Below, piece by piece: positions 1-13,967 of a stretch of 64,000 bases of DNA. Within the stretch, counting starts at the first letter, position 1, and each line of letters opens with the position of its first letter. The notes beneath the pieces are model-generated. The model ran no database searches and was not told the origin of the DNA. It saw only the letters and a list, made by a program, of their open reading frames with translations. The translations under genes were made by a program, and so were the position numbers. Source of the DNA: Eledone cirrhosa (lineage: Eukaryota); the NCBI GenBank assembly GCA_964016885.1, contig OZ024743.1:273792001-273856000 (forward strand). The letters run 5' to 3'.

Positions 1-143
1 CAGAAATTTAAAAACCATTAGTTAAACACAGTCTCAGACCACATACATATAGATAACCACACACTCAATGAAAAACACAGACATACATACAGACACACAC
101 TCACATACTTACAAACAAAACACATATGTATATATATATGCAT

Positions 144-179
<36 letters not shown>

Positions 180-204
180 GTGTATATATATATATATATG
201 TATG

Positions 205-252
<48 letters not shown>

Positions 253-542
253 CACACGTATATATATATATGTATGTAATATATATACATACATATATAT
301 ATACACGTATATATATATATATATATATGTATGTATATTTCAGAAGATCCCGTTAAGGGTGAAAGCAGCGATTCTTTGCTTAAACTTTAATCTGTTATTT
401 TAATAAATATTTGCTCTACGGTTCTTATATATTTGATATATATTTTCCTTATCGAGCCCTCTTTGGATTTTAGTCTTCAATTTTATTATTATTACTATAT
501 ATACTTATATATATATATATACATACATATATATACTTATAT

Positions 543-596
<54 letters not shown>

Positions 597-1060
597 TTAT
601 ATATGTATACATACATATCTATATCTATATATATAAATACATATATATATGTGCATATATATATATATATATGAGTGTGTGTATATATATATATATATAT
701 AAATGAAAAGTATAGAGAGTAGTGTAGCAAGGAGCCAACAGTATTCCATAATTTATAAGTGTCTATAGCCGCAAAATGGGAAAATAGTTAACGTAAGATG
801 TGGGAAAAATAATTCAAACTCAATTCAAAAAGAATCAGGATATAGATTTGCCCAACAGAATTTAGTGAAATCCAGGGAAAATCAATCGAGCCTTAACTCA
901 TGATAAAATAAAGTTTTAAATACTCATCCTTCAATTTGGAACAACTATAAATGCTCTATATAGTCTTGAAAAGAATATTTCACGAAAACTTTCAGTGGGG
1001 ATGGTCACGGTTATATATGTATTTATATATATATATATATATAAATATATATACATATAT

Positions 1061-1093
<33 letters not shown>

Positions 1094-1096
1094 CAC

Positions 1097-1622
<526 letters not shown>

Positions 1623-1902
1623 TAAATATAATTAGCCGTCGAAACGGCTTGAGCTCAGCTGTCGGGGTCTTACTGGTTCCTATTACCCACTCTACTACCT
1701 CAAGTATTGAGTACTTTGGTGCGTTATCGTCCACCTGGTTCCTTACCACATTTCCTTCGTTATATATATATATATATATATATGTGTATATGTATATATA
1801 TGTATATATATATATGTATATATATATATGTATATATATATATGTATATATATATATGTATATATATATATGTATATGTATATATATGTATATATATATA
1901 TT

Positions 1903-1951
<49 letters not shown>

Positions 1952-2184
1952 GTGTATATATATATATGTATATATATATATGTATATATATATTTATTTT
2001 TATATATGTATATATATATATGAATATATATATATATAAGTATGTATATATATATATATGTATGTATATATATATATATATATGTAAATATATATAAATA
2101 TGTATGTATATATATATATATATATGTAAATATATATATATGTATGTATATATATATATATATATGTATATATATGTATATATG

Positions 2185-2236
<52 letters not shown>

Positions 2237-2771
2237 TATATGTGTATATGTATATATATATATATGTATGTATATATATATATATGTATATATATATGTA
2301 TATATATGTATATATATGTATATATATATGTATATATATATATATCAAGATAAGCAGAACAAGTAAAATTCAACCAATTTTTCAAAATAAATCAAAATTA
2401 ATATACAATTAAAATTAATCAAAATTAAAAAATATAATATAAATATTTACCTATTCAGATGGCCCTAACTGTACAGTTTCACGGTGCAAAACATTAAATA
2501 TCACCAGGATATTAATGGAAAAGCAACGATCATCAGAGAATCATTTTCCTGTCCTAGGGTTAAAAACCCCAGGAACGACAAAATATATGACCTCACTCCA
2601 ACTAATACAGGTCTAAAAGGTCGTGAAAGTGACCCGTAAATACATTGGTGTATAGTGAAGGCGGGAATATATGTATATATATATGTATATATATATATAT
2701 ATGTATATATATATGTATGTATATATATGTATATATATATATGTATATTTCTATATATATATGCATATATG

Positions 2772-2806
<35 letters not shown>

Positions 2807-2928
2807 GTATGTATATATATGTATATATATATATATGTATATATATATGTATGTATATATATATATGTATATTTGTATATTTATATATATATGTGCATAT
2901 ATGTATATGTATATATATATATATACAT

Positions 2929-3436
2929 ATTGTTATACTTTGGGAGGGTCATGTTGCCAATAAGAAACACACGTAGCAGTTGCTTTATTTATTATAAAAT
3001 AAATTTATAAATTTGGGAATTTATAAATTTCCGGTTGGTTGTAAATAAATAAATAAATAAACAAATATAAACACACACAGACACCCGGATGTAACACATG
3101 CGCAAACTAAGCACACAACACACACACAAACAAGATGGCGTAGGACAGAACAAAGGAGAGGCACAAAAACAAAGAAAAGAAACCCCAGTCACTGAAGAGG
3201 TCACAGAATGTGTGACGAAAGACCTTTGACAATATATGAACAATCATCTGCTTTTGGAACCAACCAACCGGAAATTTATAAATTCCTAAATTTATAAATT
3301 TAATTTATAATAAATTAAAGTGAAAGCAACTGGTGCGTGGGTTTCTTATTGGTAACATGACCCTCCCAGTGTGTAACAATATCGGTTTCAGCACACGTTT
3401 TCAAATAAAGTATCTTGCTAAACAAATTCAGAAACG

Positions 3437-3437
<1 letters not shown>
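2929..3437. mobile_element. PLE family A terminal repeats in inverted (head-to-head) arrangement inside (TA)n
   Basis: Left arm 2929-~3041 (TTGTTATACTTTGGGAGGGTCATG...) is the reverse complement of part of right arm ~3042-3437 (...CATGACCCTCCCAGTGTGTAACAAT...CAGAAACGAA). Confidence 0.88.
3188..3230 (+). ncRNA. Minimal type I hammerhead ribozyme (PLE family A)
   Basis: GTCA-CTGAAGA-G-GTCACA/GAATG/TGTGAC-GAAA-G-AC-CTT-TGAC: stem I GTCA/TGAC, 6-bp stem II, vestigial stem III. Confidence 0.8.
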
Positions 3438-3511
<74 letters not shown>

Positions 3512-3564
3512 TATACATACATATATATATATACACACACACACATATATATATATGCACACAC

Positions 3565-3641
<77 letters not shown>

Positions 3642-3668
3642 CATATATACAGACATATATATACATAC

Positions 3669-3701
<33 letters not shown>

Positions 3702-3772
3702 CATATATACAGACATATATATATACATACATATATATATATGTATATATGTATATGTATATACGTATATAC

Positions 3773-3918
<146 letters not shown>

Positions 3919-4253
3919 TCATATATATATATGCATATATATGTATGCATATATGTATAAGTATGTATATATATACAGGCCACATATATTCGAATATACA
4001 TTGGGATGTATTTGCATTTAATTCATAAAAGAATTTAATCAATAAAATTTAGTTAATATTTTTCGAAATTCTATTTATTTGAAAAGCTGCAGATTCAGAT
4101 AAACTGTTGTGTTTTTATGGTAAAAGCTGTCAATTTTCGGTTTTCTTCTCATATTGTTTCATTGTTATGGTTAATATATCTGCGCATTCCTATATATGCA
4201 TGTCTGTATACCTCCCCCACAAACACACACACATACACACACACACACACACA

Positions 4254-4301
<48 letters not shown>

Positions 4302-5882
4302 TATATATATACATATATATATATACATATATATATATATGTGTATATTTATATATGTATGTATGCGTGCGTGTGTGCTGTGTGTGAGTACATTACATAT
4401 ATATATATATATATATATATGAAGAGAGCGGGAGAGAGAGAGAGAGAGAGAGAGAGAGCGGATACGTATATATCAATATTTGATATAAGTGAGAGCATCA
4501 AAGATTTTGTAAGCGTCCCTTATTAATCAAATTGTTAAGCATGTTTAAAACTGCAACATTATTAAATTTTCTCACAAATGTTCTCTAGTTTCCTGATATT
4601 GCGTAAATTCTGAAACACCATTTTCTTTTTTTATTTCCTGTTCAGTTCATGCTGAAATTGCTTGACTCGAGATTATTTCTATTTTAAGATCTTACCGAGT
4701 AAAATAGTGACCTACATATTCAATACACGTCTATGAATAGCTAGACTAATCGCAAAAACATTATCAGGCAATGCCATTATAAAAGTTGGAAACAGATGCA
4801 AAATTCAACTGGAGTCTGGACGTCATTGTTCAGACTTTTTTTCTATCAGTATAACGTGTCTATATTTGTACAAGGGGAATATAGTTTATGAAAAATAAAT
4901 TAGAAAGTGTGTTAAGTTCATTTTTATTGTTTGGATGAATATGAGAAAATCTCTTAATTTTAATCACAGACTAGAGAACAAAACATTAAGAATTCTGCTA
5001 GATGAATGTAACCACTCTAGATTTCAAAGACGTTCGACTCTATTTTTATTTAAATTCACAAAACATAATAAAACTCTATCCTGCGCAGCGCAGAATGTAT
5101 TAAAATATATTTTTTATCAATAAACACATTTTAACTTATTTCCTGTGGAAAGCGCAGTTGAACCCATTTATAGTTATAGTGAACTCAACTTCAAAGCACC
5201 CATCGTCTAATTGCGTACATATTTCTTTATCCTCCCATAAGACGCTGTACTACTCTCTTGTGAATAGATAGATTTGTTCGATATTTCTCAAGCCTTGGAA
5301 CAGACAATTAGTTTAAAAGATTATAATGTGAGGGCGAAATATGCTCTTGTTTTATTATTTTGCCAGCAAGAGAGCCGGGCCGGGCTTAGGAAATAATCAA
5401 AGCATTGAAAGTAGGAAGAAAATATCGTCATACTGGAGACATTACCCAAATGCTTAAGCTGCGTGGATGCCACCATATGCATAAAAAAACCTAGTGGTGA
5501 TGTTACAATATCCAAGTTATTATGTCCCCCACCCTAGTAGAACACAGTAGCCTTTGAATGCTAAGTACAGGAAGAGGTGTCACAAGATATCTTGTTTGAC
5601 ACTGTGAACATTCCACCAGCTTAACACCCTGCACTGGTACATTAGTTTTTGACTACAAATGGATAACTAAAGAGTCACAAGGAAATTCGTAACTGACCGA
5701 CTTATATATCTAATACTAGTAATATGGAAATTAGTAAGTACATTTCTGTGACACTATATGCTGTTAGGTATTTCCTTGTGTTTATTTACATGTTATATAT
5801 TCATCGCTTTGCGATCGATAAATAAAGTGGCCATTCAGTGTTGGTACAACTATTTCTCTCCCTCTTTTACTCTCTCTCCCAC

Positions 5883-5968
<86 letters not shown>

Positions 5969-6541
5969 CTCGTTCTGTGTATGTGTTTAGTTGTCACATC
6001 CTGGCTGTCTCGATATTTGAGTTAGTCTTTGTTCCTGCTCGTGAGTAAATGGATGCCTATAACCATTAGTGAAATCATGGTACATCATTCCTCTTCACGA
6101 TGTAAGAGCACACATGCACACACCCACACACACACGCATGTGTGTGAAACACTTAGAAGTATTGATATGCGTGCGCTAAGCTCCCACGTCCGTGATGACA
6201 GTAAAAGCTTCAAAAACACTTGGCATAAGTGTGACTATACTAATGTTGAGACTCATCACAGTACATAAAGTAAATAATATCACACGTTTTATTAAGTTAA
6301 GATAACCTTACATAAGGAGAGTTATTTTTTTTAGAGCATGAACAGTTAGATTATGACAGTAATAGTACACGATAATATAGATATGAAAGTATGTACTGAA
6401 TTGTATTTAAATATGGAATCATATATATTTGTGGGGTCGTCAGGCTGTCATCATGACATGTCTTTGTCTATATTTACATCTGGGGGCGACCATCACTTCT
6501 ATATATTTGATCACAACTGGTGTACTGGTTTCTCTCTCACT

Positions 6542-6584
<43 letters not shown>

Positions 6585-6603
6585 ATAAATATATATAATA
6601 TAC

Positions 6604-6705
<102 letters not shown>

Positions 6706-6778
6706 GTGTAGAAAGAAAGAGAATCAGAGGAAAACTCTACTCCAGTGCTGAACTGGTGCCATTTTATAAACTGCCTTA

Positions 6779-6992
6779 GGGCGGTGGATTTTCAGTATCG
6801 GCAGAGCGTCAGACACCATGCTTTGCAACATAGAGTTACGCCCCTTTGTGATCTGAGTTCAAATCCTGCCGAGGTTAGCTTTGCCTTTCATCCGTACGGG
6901 GTCGATAAAATAAAGTACCAGTAATACACTGGAGTTGATTTAATCGACTTTCCTCTCTCCCAAATTACTTCCCTTGTGCCTATACCAGAAAT
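6779..6992 (+). mobile_element. tRNA-derived SINE, family 1
   Basis: A-box-like head, B-box GAGTTCAAATCC, conserved core GCCTTTCATCC..CGGGGTCGATAAAATAAAGTACCAG. Confidence 0.85.
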
Positions 6993-7289
6993 CATGTTTG
7001 AAACCGGCCTTCTTCTATACGTTACGTCACTCTCAGTTCAACTCCCATCGAGGTTAACTTTGATATTCATCCTTTCAAGCTCGATAAAAAATATAACAGT
7101 AGTGTTATGGATTCTTCCTCTATATCTCTTTCTCATTTCCTATTTCCTTTTCAGTTGTGTTCAGATATGGAGAGCGAGGGGTTCCGAAGCGTTTTAACAC
7201 TCGGCAGATAATCTGTATATGAATATGTAGCCCTACGACTTCGTCAGGATGTACGGGTCCATGTATAAATACATACATTCATACACACT

Positions 7290-7388
<99 letters not shown>

Positions 7389-7784
7389 CTGTGTGTACAC
7401 ACAAACACACACACACACACTCACACACATATATATATATAGGTATCCCGGGTTCAATCGGGGTAACCCCAGTGAATAAGGTACTCAACACATAGCAGAG
7501 TATATATACTTAATATAGAAAAGGCTTCTGGAGAAATGCATAGATAAATAGTGAGATAGATAGATATATTTCTTTATTTACCATAAAGGCATAACAAGAA
7601 GGGACAAATACAAAGGGGGGAGTTTACATAAAACCGAGTAAAAAGGGTATAAAATGAAAATAATCTAAAACAATCTCAAAAGGGAGGGGACGTGATGGGG
7701 GTTGCACACACCCCCGAAAAAGTGTGCAATCCTTTGCCGAGGGCGCACATGGAGAAGGTGCTCCCTTCTCCTTCACTTCTTTAC

Positions 7785-10700
7785 CTACAGGATGGTATAC
7801 AGAGAAGGCCCATTTACACGAGCCATTCTCGCCACTATCACCCACCTTTCATAAAACTGCCTGTGGCCAAGCACCTCTCTCTCCATTCTTATCCTTCTTC
7901 CGAAGTGATATCGGAAGAAGTAGACCAGACTATGGCCAGAGAGGAAGTGGCCTGACCTCAGACCTTTCAATCGTGTCCACCAAACAACCTCTTTCAACAT
8001 GGCTATTACGCACAGAAAAACCGCCTTTGCTTCCTTTGTGAAGAGGGGAGGCGGCTTGATTGTTATCACGGACTCGGCGGTCAATCGAATCGGCGCCAGC
8101 CGCGACAGCAGTCGTTCGGCGTAGCCCCACAGATCAGCCACGCCCGGACAGTGCACCAATGCGTGCGCAACGGTTTCTACGTGACGCACGCATCTAGGGC
8201 AAGTCTTTTTCAAGGGATCCCTGCCCGGGCACCCGTGTCTGTAGAGCTTTTCTCGAACGGGTAGAGCCCCCCGGTAGCACTGCCAAGCCAGTAACTTCTG
8301 GAAGTTGCCCATTGGTCCCAGGCCGAAAGTCCTACCGAACAGGCTGGCCAGTTCGTCCTATTCCATGTCCAGCGACTCTCCAAGGGTGTCATCGCCCCTG
8401 TTAGCCACCAGCCCTCTATAGAATGACGAGGTGGATTCTCCACCGATGGCCGCGTCCGCTTGCCAGAGAGCCCTGAGCGCCTGAGCACACTCAGTGTGCC
8501 AGTCGCCCAGTTTTCCGGATCTTTGCTTGACCCAGGACTGCAGCTCGGTGAGCGAGACGAGTCTCGGAAAGGCTCGTCTCATGAACGGAGCCCACACCGG
8601 TTGACCAGTGAGGAATACCTGTAGGTGCCGTAGCCTAAATGCGTGCCTACGCATCATCAACCACGACATCCCCAGCCCTCCTTTCGAAGGTTGTTGGCAG
8701 CAGATGGATCTTCTCACCATAGGAGGGCGCTTCTTCCAAAGAAATTGAAAGAGCATGCGTTCCATGGTGGTGAGTGTTTCCTTAGGGCAAGGCACGACAG
8801 TCAGGCGGTAGTAGGTGACGGACGCTATGTAAATGTTAGCCACCTCCGCGAAACCTTTCAGGGACAGCTTACACTTGGCCCATTTCTGGGTCAGTGCAAA
8901 CACCTTGCTCGTAACCTCGCCCCAGTTCTTTTGCACCTGGAGGTCCGGTCCAAACCAGACCCCAAGCAACTTCACCGGGCCCTCCGTCCAGTGTCCGACG
9001 ACACCGTCGGGAGGCATCGGTCTGCCTCTCCACGTTCCGAGTGATTTCGAACGGCTTCGAAAGGTAGCCGTTCACCTTGATCCTAAATCAGATGTGGTTG
9101 CTATGTAAGGCAGTGATCCAGCCTCTGAAAACAGGACCGAACCCAGCCGCCGCTAGCACCGCATCCAGGTAACCATGGTTGAACCTATCGAACGCCTTAG
9201 ACTGATCCAAGTTGATCATGCCCCACCGAAGCCGGGTTTGTTGCCAACCCTCTCTATGATGTATCGCATGAGGTGGAGGTTGTCGTGAATGGACCTGGAT
9301 GGGATAGCACAGGTCTGCGCACCTCCTACCAGCCTACCCACGACAAGCGCCAACCTCTTTGCTAACACCTTGGCCAAAATCTTTAACTCTGTGTTTAGCA
9401 GGGTTATGGGCCGAAAATTATTTATACTATCCCCCTTGTTCTCGTCCTTCCTCACCAGCGAGACTACGCTCTTGGCTACAGAACAAGGAATTCTCCGGTT
9501 CTGCTGCCAATTGCAGTAGACTGCTTCGAGGAGTTCGGAGAAGAAGACCGGCATTGCTAAATAAAGTTCGTAAGGTATACCATCGAGACCTAGAGATTTG
9601 CGTCTGCTGCATTGGCTCAGCTCATCCCCGATCTCATCAGCCGAGATTGGTCCCTCGCAGGACTCTGCCTCTTCGCTCGAGAGACGCGGCAGGCCGTCGA
9701 TGTATGGACCGAAATCCAGTCTCCGTCCGGACCCTCGCCTCCCCCGAACAATCGGGAAAAGTGCCTTTGAAAGGCCTCGCACATCTGCTTAGGCTCCCGG
9801 GTCACCCGTCCATCCTCGTCGTGCAAAGACCGGATGGTGGATCGATTTCCACTCTTAGCTTCTGTCACGCGGGCCCATCCAACGGATTTGGCCCCTTCAT
9901 TACCTAGAGCACGTATTTTACTTCGAATGACGCAGCCTTCGTGCTTTGCATCGAATAACTGGCTCAAGGCCATCCTCGATGCCAGCACTCTGGCCATATC
10001 TTCGCTCTTGATTGCCTCTTCTAATTTACCTGTTAATTCTTTCTCGTTCCTATTCCTATCGGCAGCTAACATTTTGCTATAACTTATTGATTCTGTTCTA
10101 ATATCTCTTTTGAGAGATGCCCACCATCGGTTGTTGACGATTGCATCCATCAACCTCTCCTTAACTAATCCGCTAATCCGGTCTCTGTAAGCCTCTTTTG
10201 CCGGTAAAGACAGATTAAGTTTCCAATAACCGGGACCCTGTCTATGTGTTCTCTCGAGGTTGACTACGCAGGTCACTAATTTGTGATCTGTATAGCCAAC
10301 CGTGAACATTTCTGGACAGCTTAATATGTCCCTATCCTTACTTCTAACTAAGAATCTATCTAAGTACGATCTAGATTGACCACTATGGTTCGTCCAAGTC
10401 CAGGTTGGTACAGTTGGAAAATCTAGTCGATATCTATCGATCAAGTTAAAACGGTCGAGTAACCCCTTGAGGCTGTTACACACCCCTCTATTAGGACATG
10501 CTCCTGCATATTCCCAACGTGCATCTAGGATGTCATTCCAGTCCCCCGCTAGAAGCAGGGAACGCGACGTTCCCAGAAAAGTCTCCAGACGCTGGAAGAA
10601 GTCGGGTCGTTCAGCTCCAAAAGGGGAGTAGACGGCGACCAGTCTCAAGGCCGCACCTCCACTACTGCCAACGTCTAGCACCAACAAACGACCTTCCGGG

Positions 10701-10962
10701 TCCGAGTGAACGACCTGTACGGCGAGACCCAGGTGTTTTTCCAGCAGTACGACAACCCACCCCCACCTCCAGGTCGACAGAGAGATGCGTGCACCTCAAA
10801 GTCATCGAAGGTAGGGGTCAGCTGCCGCACGACGCTGATCCGAGTCTCACAGATAACCATTACATTTATACCACGTGACCTGAGGACATTTAGAAGCTTT
10901 GCTTGCTTCCAAGTTGAGCCCAGGCCACGTGCATTCAAACATCCTACTCTTAACACATCCAT
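7785..10962 (-). pseudogene. LINE ORF2 (APE endonuclease, RT, C-terminal Cys/His), frameshifted
   Basis: GCLNARGL, ICETR, AGDWN, SYLDRFLV, TDHK (EN); LGLDGIP, NFRPITLLNTELKILAK, DQSKAFD (RT); KLLGVWF; CPRC..ETVAHALVHC. Confidence 0.92.
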
Positions 10963-12887
10963 GTGGGCGGCAAAGCCAAAGGAGAGTGTAGAGACCTACC
11001 TTTCTGCTTCCCGGTGTTCGGGTCGCACGACTTCCATGGGACGGGGGTGTTGGGTGAAGGGGTGTCTTGTGGTGGTGTGGGGTCGTCAGTGTGTGGTGGG
11101 GTTGGGGTGTTTGGAGTTGTGTTGGGGAGGGGAGTGGAAGGGGAGGGATAAAGCTTTTTAGGAGGACGCGGTTTATGGGTTTGACAGAGGGTGGTCCTAC
11201 GTCCTCCTTAAAATCCTTTTTTAGTTTTTGGTAGAGGTTCATTGGGACCTTTATTAATTTTAATTGTGGGTTGTTTTCTGAAAAAACAAAGTTTACCCCT
11301 TCGGTTTGTACCGAAGGTTTATTGTTTATGAGTTCATTTAATTTATTATTGTTTCTGTTGATGTAAGTATAGTAGAATGTCTTTTTTTCGGATGGTGTGA
11401 GTGTTTCGAAGAGGGCAGGGGCAGCTTTGGTTTTGTTTGTTGCTGGAGGGGTGTTTTGTGTTTTGCTGGATTGTGTTGACATTTGGGTAGGGGCTGTTTG
11501 GCCTTGTGTGTTTTGCACATGTTTTCTTTTTTTCCTTTTAATCTGTCTGAAGGACTCCGTTTCTTCCTCCGAATTCGTTGGGTTATCTTCAGTGTTGGAG
11601 GGAAGAGGTATGTTTGCTGGTAGTGTTTCCGTGTTAGTTTTCTTTGTGGGGGAGATGGATGTCACTATGTTAGACTGTGTTGTGTGTTGTGGCTGCGGTG
11701 GTTGTGTTGTTTTATTGAGTGAGGAGGGGTTGGGTGGGACTGGTTTTTGTTTTTGGGTAATGTGTTGTGTCTGTTTGTGCTGTGGTGGTGGTGTAGTTTT
11801 ACTGAAGGACGGGTTGGGTGGTACTGAGTTTTGTTGTTTGTTTATCTGTGTTGGTAACATGGTTTTCTTCTTGTTGATTTGGGGACAAACCGCCTCCAGA
11901 TGCCCTCTGCCTGCACAGATATGACAGGACGGCCTTCTCCCCTCCACGGTAATATTTATATACCCGTGGCCCTCTAATAGGATTCTGTCGGGTATTTGGG
12001 CAATGCGTTCAGGCTTCATTTGCACTACAAGTTCTATACCTGTTCCACTGAACGCATTGCGTGTGGTTTTCCCGATGGAAATCACGTTGTCATTCGCTGG
12101 ATCGATGAAGCCAGCTATGAGCCAGCAGTAGTCCATATCTGGCACATCGCATCCAGCCATATGCGCTGAGTTCTTTTGCCCATATAAGATGGATAAAAGG
12201 TAAAATTTGTCGAACGAATCGGCGACAAAGCATATTTTTTCGCCGCCGATTCGTTCTTCGTAATAATGGCCAGGCTTCCATACAGCCTGTCTCTTCTTAT
12301 GAAAGTGGCTTCATTGAATACTTCTCTAAGTACCGCTTTAATTTCTACTCGTGTTGGTTGTTGTGGCTTTTTTGAGGTGTTGTTGATGGTGCGGAAAACG
12401 ACCGTCCGACTTTCAATATCTTTGGTGAGTTCTTGGGGCATTTTACCGACAGGGCTCCATTTTCCCCTTGAGTTATGAATTGTTTGGCGTTTTTTATTCT
12501 TTGTGCCACATCTGAAATATTTTCAGGTATGTACGTTAAAGATTTTTTTGTTATTTGTGCAAATGAGATGTTATCGGTGTTGACTTTGTCGTCTGTTTTT
12601 GCTTTCTGTTATGATGTTGTTGTTTTCAAATGTTATGTTTGTGTTTGTTGTTTGTTTGTGGTATTAATATTGTCATGCAATTCTTTCAAATTTTTGTTGT
12701 TGTTGGAATTAATCTCCAGATTTGTGTTTTCGTCGATATTTTTCTCCGCACGTTCGTCTGTTTTTATTTTATTTTTTCTTTCCTTCTCTATGACGTTAGT
12801 TGGGAAGGAAGGGGGGACTAAAGCGTGCGAGCTTACAACTCTTACCGCTGTCCCCCCACCACTATTTTCGTTAGCTTCATTTAACAT
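10847..12887 (-). pseudogene. LINE ORF1 (gag-like, CCHC zinc knuckle), broken into several frames
   Basis: Pieces 12633-12887, 12115-12441 and 10847-12160; CHICAGRGHLEAVC knuckle preceded by VEGRRPSC; low-complexity P/T/Q/K linker. Confidence 0.8.
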
Positions 12888-13967
12888 TTCTCCCAGACGA
12901 TTGAAATTTTATGCAACAAAATTTTTTGAAAACAGGTTTTTCACTCCTGGGAGGGGCGAAAATGAGCTGACCCACCGCCTGACAGTTCAGCTACACAATA
13001 GTATCAAAATTAAAATTAAACTTACAAAATTTCCGCAATAAATTGGAACAAAAATTCTGCGCGAAGTGAATTACGTCTACGCTATCGAACAGTCGACAGC
13101 TAGTATTTCTAATAGTGAGATAGATAGATAGTCAGAAAAATACATATGACGCGCTACTTCTCGTCCACTGAATCCTACTTTTCAGAAAATGTGTATGGGA
13201 ATTGAAAAGAGCACTACGTGGTTGCAAAGTAAACTTCTTCACAAAGTACCATCTCCATTCCTGTTTTTTGGGGGGGGGGGTTTAAATAAATTATGGCTCC
13301 GCTGTGAAAAAACAAACTGTCTATTGTAGAATATGTTTCTTTTGTTTCTGTTAAGAAAACGTTATTTATGTTTTATAATATTATTGTTCTCTGCTATAAT
13401 TGCACACTTCTCTTGAGTAAGAATGAACAGAATAACGTAATTGTTAAGGTTACTTACTGAGAATTAACATCGCATGACCTCGTTCGTCGTATGGTATGGA
13501 CTGTTCTGCGTCACTGACAAAAAAAAACGTTGCTGCTGTGGCTACATAAACCAATTACTAAATTGATGGAGTTCCACAATAATTGATGAATGTTTTAGTA
13601 CGTATTGAATGTTGATCATGAATTCTCTCTTGTGATTGAAAGACTACATACATTTTGTTTAATGTTTAGAGTAGTCGAAGCGGCAATATATTATAATATA
13701 TACTTTAATTGCATCATTAGCGCAGTGATGAATTAATGATTATACATTCCTTAAACATACTAACACCTGAGCGACGGTATCATGATAATTCATTAAATAT
13801 ACAAGCTATATACACATTTTTAAAATGTTATAGTAAGGAAAAGCAACATTGAACTCTATAGCGGAAACGTTAAGTCACTAATATAGATGATAGCTTACAT
13901 ATTCTATCGTATCATTTACCACATTACACCAATACATATTAATTAATCATGTATATAAAGATAATTT

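Larger units (their letters stand above)
7567..13110 (-). mobile_element. L1/Tx1-clade non-LTR retrotransposon, 5'-complete, inactivated (frameshifts + internal RT deletion)
   Basis: Exact 20-bp target-site duplication AATAGTGAGATAGATAGATA at 7547-7566 and 13111-13130; AATAAA near the 3' end (~7573-7578, - strand); two-ORF layout. Confidence 0.93.

Noticed and set aside
6779-6870. tRNA-like sequence with A and B boxes
   Set aside because: Continues into a repeated SINE core and tail; no complete cloverleaf.
7225-7250. CTGACGA + hairpin on the minus strand (similar partial cores at ~34965, 56930, 57255; CAGAAGA at 341)
   Set aside because: GAAA/stem III or stem I missing or mutated; not called as ribozymes.
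7692-13041. Plus-strand ORFs overlapping the LINE
   Set aside because: Antisense shadows of the minus-strand ORF1/ORF2 with no independent motifs.
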